Shown here: positions 13,328 through 27,757 of the stretch, one piece after another
Layout: every line of letters begins with the position of its first letter
How positions within the stretch are numbered: position 1 is the first letter of the stretch
Source of the DNA: Octopus sinensis
Lineage: Eukaryota
DNA length: 64,000 nt
NCBI RefSeq assembly: GCF_006345805.1
Contig: NC_043017.1
Coordinates: 13,268,001 to 13,332,000, forward strand
Reading direction: 5' to 3'
Translations under genes and position numbers: made by a program
Notes under the pieces: model-generated
Seen by the model: only the letters and a program-made list of their open reading frames with translations
What the model was told of the DNA's origin: nothing
The model's database searches: none

Positions 13328-13685
13328 TGTTGTTATACACTGCTGATCACAATGTGCTTCTTCACTTTGTTGTAGCTTTTGAATTATGCTACCCCACAGG
13401 CTAGATGGACAGGCCGACATTCCCTCTGAACAGGACAGCACTGTCTCGGGGTTACCCATTTGTAGCTGAGTGAACTGGAGCAACAGGAAATGTTCTTCTC
13501 AAGAACACAACACACCACCAATCTGGAAATTGAAACCATGTCTAGTGATTGTGAGAGGAGCACCATCACTACTATATTAACATGCCTTCACTCACATACA
13601 CAATGAATGAAGAAAATTTTTCTTAAATTAAAAAGTACAAATTATAACATAAACATTGTTTTTCCAGTATCATCTCTGTTTCTTA

Positions 13686-13719
<34 letters not shown>

Positions 13720-13720
13720 C

Positions 13721-13896
13721 TTTATATAATTAGGGTTCAGTAAAAAAAATTACTTTACCACACACCGAACTTTTAGAAATAGCAGCCAAGAGACTCTTCT
13801 TATAGTAGAGGAAATAGCTAAATTCTTTGGCTGCTATTTCTAAAAGTTCGGTGTGTGGTAAAGTAAATTTTTTTTACTGAACCCTAATTATATAAA
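13721..13896. repeat. Near-perfect fold-back inverted repeat (69/70 bp arms, 37 bp spacer)
   Basis: 13721-13789 is the reverse complement of 13827-13896 except for a 1-nt indel. Confidence 0.95.
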
Positions 13897-15030
13897 ATAA
13901 TTTTTAAATATACCGTAAATGGTCCTTTTACATACTGAACACTGCTTGGTAAAATTATTAATTACTAATTAATTAATTTTACACTTATTATATTATATTA
14001 TATATATATATATATCAGAACGCCATGATAGATCGTTAGCTCCTACACGCATTTTTTTTCTCTGTATCTTTCTGTTGAAGAGCGTAGGCTCGAAACGTAA
14101 AAGACTTGTTCTATTTCTATTCCTGAGCGCCATACTAATACATTTGTTTGTTTGTACTCCACCTGCCTTCGTCTTTTGTTTATTTTCGTAAACCTTCCCG
14201 TTATATATATATATAGTAATTAAGGGTTTAGCAACGATTTGCCTCACCACACACCGAGTTTAGAAATAGCAGTCAAAGAGTTTACTTAGTATTACTTAAA
14301 CTTTCCTCGAATGGGGCTTTTACATGCCGAAATCTACTTGGTGAAATTAATGATTATTCCAAATTAATTAATTTCACCCTATATTATTACTGATATATAT
14401 ATATATATATATATATCTATATATATAAAGAGAGAGAAAATAACCATGCATGCAGGCATGGCTGCATGGTTTGCAATCCACTACACAGAACTTTGGGAAA
14501 GTCTTCCATGATAGACTTAGGTTAAGCAATAGCTTATATGTGGAAGTGGGTAGTTATAAATTGTACAAAGAGCTTTGCTGGTGTGTATGTGTGTTGGTGT
14601 ATATATAGGGGTGGGTGTTTTTATATATGGGTGTAAAGTTATTGTGGGAGGTGACTCCTTAAAGGGAAATATTTCAATAGGTGAACTCAGCCATTTGATA
14701 AATAGGAAAATGAATAAAAATGAGTAGCAGACTATGTGTGCCAAGGTCGATTTTTATTGAAACAAAAACAACCGTTGCCCCAGTATGGCAGCAATCTAAT
14801 GGCTGACACCAATGAAGGAATAAAATAGCATAGAATGAGGAGATATGTATAATTATTGAATTCTTGAGAAATGGCAAGGTTTCTTTAGAATTTAAACAAC
14901 GGAAATGAACAGAGACAGAGAATGGAATAATCCACCATCCTGAGAAGAATTGTCTTGTAGAAAAAAAAAAAATTAAAAAAAATTAAAAAAAAGCAGCACA
15001 GATGATAATGATGATGATTATGATGGTGGC

Positions 15031-15276
<246 letters not shown>

Positions 15277-15344
15277 TTAAAATGATTTAGGACTTAGGTC
15301 TGTCATGAGCCCTAGGACTCTTAATCCTACAGTGGCTAAATTAA

Positions 15345-15733
15345 TATTAGGTTGTCCCAAAAGTTCGTAAACACTTGCGAAAATTGAATTTTTACTCGCC
15401 AAGTACTAACATCATCATCATCATCGTTTAGTGTCCGTTTTCCATGCTAGCATGGGTTGGACGGTTCTACTGGGGTCTGTGAAGCCAGAAGGCTTCATCA
15501 GGCCCAGTCAAATCTGGCAGTGTTTCTACGGCTGGATGCCCTTCCTAACGCCAACCACTCCGTGAGTGTAGTGGGTGCTTTTTACGTGCCACCCGCACTG
15601 GTGCCAGACAGAGCTGGCAAACGGCCACGAACGGATGGTGCTTTTTATGTGCCAAAAAACAACAAAAATTATTCCTCAAAATAAAGACCATTATTTTCCA
15701 AGACTTTCTACGAACTTTTGGGACAACCTTATA
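15345..15733. mobile_element. mariner-type MITE interrupted by a (GAT)n-tailed element
   Basis: TA-TTAGGTTGTCCCAAAAGTTCG ... CGAACTTTTGGGACAACCTTA-TA. Uninterrupted copy at 61860-61994. Confidence 0.85.
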
Positions 15734-16084
15734 ATATGAGGTAAAATAAACTATTTGTAAAGTGGTTGGCATTAGGAAGGACATCAAGCCAAAGAAACCA
15801 TGCTAAAGGAGGCAATAGATCTTGGTGCAGTCCTCTAGTTTGCTAGCTCCTACCAAACCATCTAATCCATGCAAGTATGGAAAAGAGATGTTAAATAAAG
15901 ATGATGAAGATAGGGGTCTTAGAGAGGTAGTCTGAGAATTAAGTTGTTTCTTCATATTGCTATACAAAGCAATGAAGGGGTATTTAGAAGTAAAGGGCAA
16001 TTTTGTAATATGCTGAAGTTATCTGTTAAAATTGGTAGTAGACAGTTGGTTATGCCAACCAGCTCTGTAGCTGTATTTTGTTGT

Positions 16085-16432
16085 CTACCATGGATCACTA
16101 ATCCATCATAAGGCCCAGTTCCTGCTACGGTATGGTGGTGTATTTGCCTCAATGACCCAGAGAGCTTTGCCAGTGGAGTGCAAGCCCATGGTAGGGCCTT
16201 CCATGCAGGATGGGTCAAAGGAAAGAGGCCAGACTAGTATGGACCATCTCCTCTCAGGAGTAAAAATGGGTTTAAGTAGGGCCAACACCCCATGTCTAGA
16301 AAAAAGCAGAATTACAGAAGCATCAATGACAAATCAAAACCAACAAAAACCTGGGGAAGGAAAATAGCCCAGAGTAAGGAACAGTGGAGAAAAGTCCATT
16401 AATGGCCCATGCTCAACAAGGAGTAAAGGGCT
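16085..16432 (+). mobile_element. Probable internally deleted RTE derivative
   Basis: Resembles RTE 5' leaders (aatgacccagagagct...gtagggcc...gaggccagact) joined to an RTE-like 3' end (aatggcccatgctcaacaaggagtaaaggg). Recognised from memory only. Confidence 0.4.
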
Positions 16433-16998
16433 TAACCCTTTAGATATCAACCTGGCTGAAACAGCACTTGGTTCTATGATACAAACTTCTCATTTTAAAG
16501 TGATTTAAATCAAAACCTTCTGTCAAAAACCCAGCTTAATCCTTTAGATTACTGTCAAATGTAATGTTTATTTATTCACATTCATCATCATCATCGTTTA
16601 ACGTCCGTTCTCCATGCTAGCATGGGTTGGACGGTTCGACCGGGGATCTGGGAAGCCAGGAGGCTGCACCAGGCTCCAGTCTGATCTGGCAATGTTTCTA
16701 CAGCTGGATGCCCTTCCTAATGCCAACCACTCTGTGAGTGTAGTGGGTGCTTTTTACGTGCCATGCATTACCTTGTTGCTTCAAAATTCTGATGAGGTGG
16801 TAGCTTATTTTTAGAGTAACATTATAGGATAGGTGTGAGAGGCCAGATCTTGTTGATTTGAACATAGAACGAGTAGAATATTTTGGCCGGGAAGGGCTGA
16901 TTTAAATGTCAAAGGGTTGATATTGTTAAAGTTATTTGAATAATTTTTTTGTTATTTTCAAAATTAAATGAAACAAAGACAGTGTATGGTAACAAAAG

Positions 16999-17380
16999 TG
17001 GAGGCGCAATGGCCCAGTGGTTAGGGCAGCGGACTCGCGGTCATAGGATCGCGGTTTCGATTACCAGACTGGGCGTTGTGAGTGTTTATTGAGCGAAAAC
17101 ACCTAAAGCTCCACGAGGCTCCGGCAGAGGATGGTGGTGATCCCTGCTGTACTTTTTCACCACAACTTTCTCTCACTCTTACTTCCTCTTTCTGTGGTAC
17201 CTGTATTTCAAAGGGCCGGCCTTGTCACTCTCTGTGTCACGCTGAATATCCCTGAGAACTACGTTAAGGGTACACGTGTCTGTGGAGTGCTCAGCTACTT
17301 ACACGTTAATTTCACGAGCAGGCTGTTCTGTTGATTCGGATCAACCGGAACCCTCGTCGTCGTAACCGACGGAGTGCTTC
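16999..17380 (+). mobile_element. tRNA-derived SINE, group A
   Basis: Full length, with perfect 14-bp TSD TATGGTAACAAAAG. Confidence 0.9.
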
Positions 17381-17698
17381 TATGGTAACAAAAGGTTAAT
17401 GAAGTACGGTTTACTAATAATTAGTAATTAATTAATACAACCAAAATAAATAATTTCTCACACCCACTTTAAAGAAAAACAAATAAAAAACTGGCACTTA
17501 TTTAACCTGCTTAAATCCAACCCACTCAAGATAATCTTTAGTTCTTTCATACAAAAGTTATTGAAAATGTTCATATTTAAATGATGTCAATTTTATTTAA
17601 GAATATTTAGTTAAGTCATCTTCCAAGCACAAAACATCGGTGACATATCAAAGGCATCTGTGCCAGGGACATGTGAAAGGCTCCTGGTACACTCTGTA

Positions 17699-17934
17699 AA
17701 GGCGGCGAGCTAGCAGAATCGTTAGCACGTCGGGCGAAATGCTTAGCGGTATTTCGGCTGCCTTTACGTTGTGAGTTCAAATTCCGCCGAGGTCGACTTT
17801 GCCTTTCATCCTTTCGGGGTCGATAAATTAAGTACCAGTTAAGCACTGGGGTCGATATAATCGACTTAATACCTATGTCTGTCCATGTTTGTCCCCTCTA
17901 TGTTTAGCCCCTTGAGGGTAATAAAGAAATAGGT
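17699..17934 (+). mobile_element. tRNA-derived SINE, group C (Meta-domain-like core)
   Basis: AGGCGGCGAGCT...GTCGACTTTGCCTTTCATCCTTTCGGGGTCGATAAATTAAGTACCAG...GAAATAGGTA. Other copies at about 25103, 25907, 32073, 33287, 37593, 41379, 43003 and 52937. Confidence 0.85.
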
Positions 17935-18123
17935 ACACTCTGTAAAGGGTTTGGCATTAGGAAGGGCATCGAGCTGTAGAAACCAGGCCAAAACAAGTTG
18001 GAACCTAGTGCAGTTCTCCAGCTTACCAGTTCGAGCCAAACTATCTAACCCATGCCGACATGGAAAACAGATGCTAAATAATGACGATGATGATGATGAT
18101 GATTTTTACAGGATGCAAATTTA

Positions 18124-18294
<171 letters not shown>

Positions 18295-18351
18295 TTATGT
18301 ACTATAGTTTATATGTAATAATAACTACTTCTCGTCGACAACTATGATTGT

Positions 18352-18396
18352 CACACGCTGATGACGGGTCAATACCCTGAAACTCGAGTCCATGTG
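18352..18396 (+). ncRNA. Type I hammerhead ribozyme motif (Penelope-like element type)
   Basis: CACACG-CTGATGA-CGGGT-CAAT-ACCCT-GAAAC-TCGA-GTC-CATGTG contains the CUGAUGA/GAAA core, stem II, palindromic short stem III (ACTCGAGT) and GUC cleavage triplet. Stem I pairs 5 of 6. Confidence 0.7.
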
Positions 18397-19068
18397 TATG
18401 ATAAGTTGAAGACGGGGAGGATGGCTTCCCTTCGCAGATACTGATAGGGCACAGAAAGTGTGTCTATAGCCAGCTGGAGGAGGTGTCCTCCTGGGGCTAC
18501 AAACTACAGTAGCATCCACCCTTAGGGGTTAGCCATATTCAAATGGCAAATATACGTCACGAATAACTACTGCATTTTCTATTAAACATTATTTAATCCA
18601 ACAGGGTATATAAAGGAATTTCTGAAGCCCTTCTACAGACTTCTCTAGTGCCAATGGCAGCATAAAAATATATCCAACCATACTGTAAAGTGGCTGACGA
18701 TAGAAAGGGTATCCAGATGTAAAAACTATGGCACAACTATGAGATTAATACTTTCTCTGTTATTGTCTTTGCTTGGTGATGAAGTACTACAGATGGTAAG
18801 ATGCTCTGAGATCCATCTAACCCATACTGGCAAGGAAATATATATTAAAAAAAAAAGTGAGTGGGGATATAAATGATGACGATATTGGAACTGTACCACC
18901 TTTGCAGGCCTTCCTAAACTAGTGAGGGCAGTATAGAGAGAGAACAGTAGATTCCATCAAACACCAAGAGATAAAAGATAACAGGAGATTCAGAGGAATG
19001 CAGTATTAGAAGCCAAGTCCATAAAAGTACATGGAAAGTTTAGATATTTAACAAAAAGGTGAACATAA

Positions 19069-19450
19069 TCTCTCTCTATATAAACGGCAGTTTGTCTGTG
19101 CGTTTTCTGTGTGTCTGTTTTCTCGTACCCTCACTCTGACCACGGCTTTCAACCGATTCTGATGAAACTTGACACACACATAGCCCAATGTCATAATTCA
19201 AAACTAACGCAGCGAAAATTTTGAAAAGTTCCCCCAGTTCTGAAAAAAATCGATAAATTCGACATGGGGTCGAGAATCAGAAACCCAAACCACAGACCGT
19301 CTAGGGGACGCAACTCCACCTTTTTTAACTCTCAAAAAAATTTACCATAATTTTTTTCCATTTTTTTGCTATTTTTTGGCTATAACTCTCTAAAAATGCT
19401 TTATAGTTATTTCCCTTACAAACCTGAGCAATGCTGGGCGATACTGCTAG
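19069..19450 (+). mobile_element. Non-autonomous Helitron
   Basis: A|TCTCTCTCTATA...GGGCGATACTGCTAG|T. Confidence 0.7.
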
Positions 19451-19703
19451 TAGTATGTATAAATGTGTTTAATACTTAAGATAAGATGAATATAACAATA
19501 TGTATAATGTATTTTCTGGAATGCAAATTGAATTTCTCAGATCAAAATTTACAGCCAAAAAAAATTGTAGGTTGGCTTATATACCAAGGCAACTTTGCAT
19601 TCAGAGTTCAGATCCTGCTGTGGCCTATTTGGATGGAAGACTTATGTAATTGCTCAGTTTAACACCACAACTTGACCCCTGAGTACCTTCACTTCCCTCC
19701 CTA

Positions 19704-20045
<342 letters not shown>

Positions 20046-20054
20046 TTATATTAA

Positions 20055-20451
20055 ATAGCAGTATCGCCCGGCGTTGCTCGGGTTTGTAAGGGAAATAACT
20101 AAATAAGCATTTTTAGAGATGTAAAGTATAATAGCCATCTCAATATGGCTAACCACAAGGGGGGGTGTTACTATAGCTTTTTACATTCTGAGATTTGATA
20201 ATACATTTTTAGAGAGTTACTTCCCTTATACAATAGCAAAAAAATGTATTAAAAATGGGAAAAAATGATGGTAAATTTTTTTTAAATCATAGACTCATCG
20301 TAGACGCGCGCTAATACCCAGAAGGGCTCGATATGAATCACGACTATAAGATACCCGCTTTTGGTTACACTGCACCGCAAAATGTGGGAGTAGTTAGGAA
20401 TCTAAATCGTAGGAGACAGACAGCACACAACCTCACTTTTATATATAAAGA
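20055..20451 (-). mobile_element. Non-autonomous Helitron
   Basis: Close relative of 3207-3604, with the terminal CTAG mutated. Ends about 58 nt from the katanin exon 8 acceptor. Confidence 0.7.
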
Positions 20452-20558
20452 TTTTGAAAACAAAAGCTCTCTAAAAAAATATGTGCCATGCTGGCATAGA
20501 CAAACAGAAGTAAAACACAAATAAATGGGACAAAGCAGAAAAACGAAACGATACTTTA

Positions 20559-20711
<153 letters not shown>

Positions 20712-21724
20712 TTAGAAATGGATTAAAAACAGCATTATTGATTTCTGTTGACAAGACAATTTTCATGACACTGCATCCTTTAAGGCCCTCATGCTTTCCG
20801 AAATCCGCCGAAACTACACCTGATTATATATACACTTTAGATGAGTTGTAGTGCACCTGAGCACTGTGCACAATTATTATTATTATTATTATTATAACAG
20901 AAAAAAAAAGAGAAAAAATTCCATGAAAAGAGAAAGGCAAAGGCTGTATGGTAAAAAAGCTTGCTTTGCAACGGCATGGTTTTCGGTTCAGTCCCACCAT
21001 ATGGCACCTTGGGCTAATCAATACCTTGTGAATGAATTAGGTAGACAGAAACTGTGAAGAAGCCTGTCGTATGTGTGCATATGAGTATGTGTGTGTGACT
21101 TTGTCCTCTACACAGCTTGACAACTGGTGTAGGTTTGTTTACGTCCCCATAATCTAGTGGTTCGGCAAAAACAACTGATAGAATAAATACCAAATTAAAA
21201 AAAAAAAAAACTTAAGTACTAAGATTGATTTGTTTCACTAAAACCCTTCACAAGCTAGTGCCTCAGTATGGCCACACACCATTGACTGAAACAAGAAAAA
21301 GAGAAAGGATCATTAAAAAAAAACCAAAATTTTTTTTTAATGAAAACTTTTCTAAAGCTTAGCATGTTGTTGTTTAACCACGGGTAAGACCTGAATGAAC
21401 AGTTTTGTGATCAAAAGCATTGAAAAATATCAATGTCAGAGTGACAAAGAAACAAGGAGGATATCAGGTGGTTGTGAGACGTGCTAAAAATCACAGCTAA
21501 ACACCCCTTAAATCACACACCAAAAAAAAACTTTTTTTGTTTGGTTTTTGTATAATCATATGATTTCCCATGTGTAGAACACAAATTTGCTAAAACTTAT
21601 TTTTGAAGATTCCTAAAAATGAAAAACGTTAGTAAAGCAGAATTCCATCGAATTCTGAAACCATACACAAACAGAAAAAAAAAAAAAAAAGAAAGGAAAA
21701 GAAATTCTGATGAAAAATTTCCTA

Positions 21725-22325
<601 letters not shown>

Positions 22326-22531
22326 TTACAGTGTAGAGTCTTAATAGGATGACATGAACTGTGGGGTGAATATTTGATAATTAACTAGAGACAACAAGGG
22401 TTTACTGTACGATGGATCAAGAAAAAAATCCATAAGGTTTGCTCCACTGAGATATAAATGTTCCAGATCTGCCCTGATCAAGAAAATGGATAATTGGAAA
22501 GTTTCTAGCCATGACCAATCTGATTACTACT

Positions 22532-22918
22532 GTGTGGAAGCACTCCGTCGGTTACGACGATGAGGGTTCTGGTTGATCCGATCAACGGAACAGCCTGCTC
22601 GTGAAATTAACGTGTAAGTGGCTGAGCACTCCACAGACACGTGTACCCTTAACGTAGTTCTCGGGGATATTCAGCGTGACACAGAGAGTGACAAGGCCGA
22701 CCCTTTGAAATACAGGTACAGCAGAAACAGGAAGTAAGAGTGAGAGAAAGTTGTGGTGAAAGAGTACAGCAGGGATCACCACCATCCCCTGCCGGAGCCT
22801 CGTGGAGCTTTAGGCGTTTTCGCTCAATAAACACTCACAACGCCCGGTCTGGGAATTGAAACCGCGATCCTACGACCGTGAGTCCGCTGCCCTAACCACT
22901 GGGCCATTGCGCCTCCAC
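22532..22918 (-). mobile_element. tRNA-derived SINE, group A
   Basis: Full length, TSD GATTACTACT. Confidence 0.9.
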
Positions 22919-24115
22919 TCGATTACTACTACCACTACAAGGCACTGAGTTAGCAGAATCATTAGCACTCTGGGCAAAATGCTTAGTGGCATTTTGTCTG
23001 TCTTCACGTTCAGAGTTCAAATCCACCAAGGTCAACTTTGCCATACATCTTTTTGGGGTTGATAAAGTAAGTACCAGTTGAGTACTGGGGTTGATGTAAT
23101 TGACTTACACCCGCTCCCAAAATTGCTGGCCTTGTGCCAAAATTTGAAATCATTATCATCATTAAAGCACCCGACATACTATAAAGTGGTTGGTGTTAGG
23201 AAGGGCATCCATCCAGCCTTAGAAACCAGGCAAAAGGTGGCAGTAAAGCTTGGCGCCGTTGTCTGGTTTGCTAGCTCTTGTTAAACCATCCAAGCTATAC
23301 CAGCATGGAAAACAAATGATGATGATGATGTTCATATGCCTAAGATTACACTGTACATGTGATTTCCATGTTCCAAATCATTATCTTAACAATCTTAATG
23401 CCGACTGGTCTGAGACCTACATTGGTTCTAAAGACAAATTTCCTGTTTTAAAGTGATCTAAATTAAAACTTTCCAACAAAATTTCTTATCATCATCATCA
23501 CCATCATCGTTTAACGTCCGCTTTCCATGCTAGCATGGGTTGGACGATTTGACTGAGGTCTGGTGAACCAGATGGCTGCACCAGACTCCAATCTGATCTG
23601 GCAGAGTTTCTACCTGTTCTAAAAACTAACTTCATAAGGAATTTATTTTACTAAATTGTTACTTTCAATGTTAGCAGAAATATATTGACAACCAAATTGG
23701 TGTGTTTGTGTCTCCCCATAACTTAGACATTTGGCAAAAAAGACCGATAGAATAAGTACTAGGCTTACAAAGAATAAGTCCTGGCGTCAATTTTTTTTCA
23801 ACAAAAAACCCCTTTAAGGCGGTGCTCCAGCATGGCCACAGTCAAATGACTAAAACAAGTAAGAGAATTTAATGAAATACATGTACATTAGTATGATAGA
23901 AGTTTGTTAGTAGTGCACTGTAGAAAGTACTGTGAAATAGGACCACCTAGTACACTAAACTGGTGGCAGTGGGAATTTGAAGTACCCATCATAAATTAGT
24001 GTGCATTATAAGAGGTTCCGAATGATCAGTGTTTGGAAAATTGTTGTACCCGTATTACAGCTATTATAGTGAAGATTACAGAATCATTTATAATTTGTAG
24101 AGGGGTTAATCATTA

Positions 24116-24265
<150 letters not shown>

Positions 24266-24375
24266 TTACAAGCCTTATTAAAACATTCTTTCATATAAAA
24301 GATTTATAACCCAAAAAACCTCAGGACATATATCAAGTAAAAAAATTTCATAACAGTTGTTAAAAAATTAAGTTT

Positions 24376-24605
24376 TTAACCCTTTAGTGTTTAAACCAGT
24401 CATACCTGGCAAAAAAATATTCTACCTATTTTATGTTCAAACTAGTCAGATATGGTCATTCATAGCTACCTTATTGTGTCATTTTAAAAATAAACAATCA
24501 CACCATTGAAATCTCAAAGCCATGAAATGATGCAAGATTAATTTTACATGGTGTGAATACATAAGCTTTACATTTGACAGAATAATCTGAATGCTAAAGG
24601 GTTAA
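24376..24605. mobile_element. piggyBac-type MITE in katanin intron 4
   Basis: TTAA TSD with CCCTTTAG/CTAAAGGG TIRs. Confidence 0.8.
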
Positions 24606-24884
24606 ACATTGAATGGCTATGGAGGTCCACCAGAATAAAATAGTAAACAAAGTGAGCCATAGGTAAAAATTGTTTGAGAATCACATTTCTAGAGGAAGGG
24701 ACTGTGCCCATGGCCATTGTAGACTCTTCAAGACAATATTCCTCTTGAATAATTACAAGCTGACAGCAGCAGATAAGTGAGTGGCAGTGAGGGAATTCAA
24801 AAGAGTTGATATTATCAGGATGAAGAAGTGGACTTAGTTGGTTAGTGTGGGCCTCAATAATGTAAGAGCAATTTATAAACTTAC

Positions 24885-24982
24885 CAGTGTACATTGGGGT
24901 TTCGCTGAACAATATCACGTTCCAAATTAGCAACAAGCTCTTTATCCACACCAGGTGGGTCAAATTTCTTCTCCTCCTCCTC
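24885..24982 (-). CDS. KATNA1: Katanin p60 coding exon 4
   Basis: EEEEKKFDPPGVDKELVANLERDIVQRNPNVH-W. Acceptor TTTTACAG, donor GTAAGT, 98 nt. Confidence 0.95.
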
Positions 24983-27114
24983 CTGTAAAATTTTAAGTAG
25001 AAGTACATATTAGCTGAAGTCGTCATCATCAACATTTAAGACTAGTTTTCCATGCTGGCATGGGTTGGATGGTTTGACAGAAGCTGACAAGGGTGGGAGC
25101 CATACCTATTTCTTTATTACCCACAAGGGGCTAAACATAGAGGGGACAAACATGGACAGACATAGGTATTAAGTCGATTATATTGACCCCAGTGCGTAAC
25201 TGGTACTTAATTTATCGACCCCGAAAGGATGAAAGGCAAAGTCGACCTCGGCGGAATTTGAACTCACAACGTAACGGCAGCCGAAATACCGCTAAGCATT
25301 TCGCCCGACGTGCTAACGATTCAGCCAGCTCACCGTCTTTCTGGCATGATTTCTACAACTGGATGCCTTTATAGAGTGTACTGAATGCTTTCCACAGGAC
25401 ATTAGCACCAGTGCCTTGTATGTGGCAGCAGCACCGATAGGGTCACAAATACCTTTACCATTACCATCACTATCACTGTCCTCATCACAGGTTGAGTGAT
25501 TGTGTTGAGTAAGAGTTGGCAATAAGAGGCTACTGAAAAGGGCCTTGGAACTTTTTGTGAAAAATGTTTCCAACTTAATGTATTTGTGGGCCCTTGAGCA
25601 GTTGATGGCTATTAGATGGTCTGTTGCATATCATGATTTGTTTCATTTTTGCTTACACAAGCATTGCCTGTGATGGAAACAGCAGGGGAATATGGAGATA
25701 CTTCTACATGTAAGAAAATGATGTAATATACAGGTAGGTCTCATTTGTTCATTTTATGCCTGTTTTTCATTTTTTCTTCACACCAGCATGAGTCAGATAA
25801 ATATGTTATTGAAACACTGTTTTACAGCTGAATGTCCTTCCTGACACAAATTCTTACATGTTTCCAAGTAAGGGATCTCACATTCCACACGGCTTTGAAG
25901 GCACAATACCTATTTCTTTATTACCCACAAGGGGCTAAACACAGAGGGGACAAACAAGGACAGACATAGGTATTAAGTCGATTACATCGACCCCAGTGCG
26001 TAACTGGTACTTAATTTATCGACCCCGAAAGGATGAAAGGCAAAGTCGACCTCGGCGGAATTTGAACTCACAACGTAACGGCAGATGAAATACCGCTTAG
26101 TATTTCGCCCGGCGTGCTAATGTTTCTGCCAGGTGACCACCTGGCACAATACCAGTGGGTGTGTTATCATCATCATTTAACATCTGTTCTCCATGCTAGC
26201 ACGGGTTGGACGGTTCGACCGGGGACCTGGGAAGCCAGAAGGCTGCACCAGGCTCCAGTCTGATCTGGCAGTGTTTCTACAGCTGGATGCCCTTCCGAAC
26301 ACCAAACACTCCGTGAGTGTAGTGGGTGCTTTTTACAAGCCAGGTGAGGCTGGTAACGGCCACGATCAGATTGGTGCTTTTTACGTGCCACCGGCACGGA
26401 AGCCAGTCAAGTGTCAACACAAAATGGCATAGACATCAAGACTTTTGAATAAGTGAACAGTAATATCTCTCTTTACTCTCTTTTACTTGTTTCAGTCATT
26501 TGACTGCAGCCATGCTGGAGCACCGCCTTTAGTCGAGCAAATCGACCCCGGGACTTATTCTTTGTAAGCCCAGTACTTATTTTATCGGTCTCTTTTGCCA
26601 AACCGCTAAGTGACGGGGACGTAAACACACCAGCATCGGTTGTCAAGCAATGCTAGGGGGACAAACACAGACACACAAACATATACACACACACTTATAT
26701 ATATATATACATATATACGACAGGCTTCTTTCAGTTTCCGTCTACCAAATCCACTCACAAGGCATTGGTCGGCCCGGGGCTATAGCAGAAGACACTTGCC
26801 CAAGATGCCACGCAGTGGGACTGAACCCGGAACCATGTGGTTGGTTAGCAAGCTACTTACCACACAGCCACTCCTGCGCCTATGTCAACACACACAACAG
26901 TGGCTCCTTTTGTTGGCTTATATAGTAGAAAACACTTGCTCAAGGTGTCTCCCAGTGAGATTGCACCTGAAACCACATAGCTGGGAAGCAAACTTCTTAG
27001 TCACATAGCCATATCTGTGCCAATAGCCATGCTAACAAAAACACAAACATGTTAGCTTCACACATTTCTACATGTTACATTTTGAATGATGCTCAAAGAA
27101 AATTTTAAACCTAC

Positions 27115-27265
27115 TTTTCTTTTAGGCCTTTCCCGACCACCTCGGTCTTTGTTTTTATCAGCAGATGATGGCTTTTGTCTGGCTAGTGGTACCCTTGGGT
27201 TTGACTTTTTAGGTTCTGGTTTCTTTGGCTGAGCCCGATGTGGTACCCATAAATTAGGAGAAGGT
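27115..27265 (-). CDS. KATNA1: Katanin p60 coding exon 3 (basic linker)
   Basis: K-PSPNLWVPHRAQPKKPEPKKSNPRVP...RPKRK. Acceptor TTTATTTTTCAG, donor GTAGGT, 151 nt, phase 2 to 0, fits both neighbours. Confidence 0.85.
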
Positions 27266-27371
27266 CTGAAAAATAAAGTTTAATTCAAAAGTTGAAGTTC
27301 AAGTGAACAGGATGTAACAGTAGGTACAGAAAATTATCTAATATAATTTATTGAGGGATAAACAGACCTAT

Positions 27372-27757
27372 GGAGAAGCACTCCGTCGGTTACGACGACG
27401 AGGGTTCTGGTTGATCCGATCAACGGAACAGCCTGCTTGTGAAATTAACGTGTAAGTGGCTGAGCACTCCACAGACACGTGTACCCTTAACGTAGTTCTC
27501 AGGGATATTCAGCATGACACAGAGAGTGACAAGGCCGGCCCTTTGAAATACAGGTACAAGAGAAACAGGAAGTAAGAGTGAGAGAAAGTTGTGGTGAAAG
27601 AGTACAGCAGGGATCACCACCATCCCCTGCCAGAGCCTCATGGAGCTTTTAGGTGTTTTCGCTCAATAAACACTCACAACGCCCGGTCTGGGAATCGAAA
27701 CCGTGATCCTACGACCGCGAGTCTGCTGCCCTAACCACTGGGCCATTGCGCCTCCAC
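27372..27757 (-). mobile_element. tRNA-derived SINE, group A
   Basis: Full length, TSD AAACAGACCTAT. Confidence 0.9.

Noticed and set aside
14060-14105. TGAAGAGCGTAGGCTCGAAACGTA as a hammerhead
   Set aside because: The core C is missing and stem I does not pair. At most a relic.
14674-14957. Strong acceptor 75 nt after the katanin stop with an about 95-codon open frame (alternative last exon)
   Set aside because: The peptide is non-katanin-like and runs through a decayed SINE. More likely 3' UTR poly-T.
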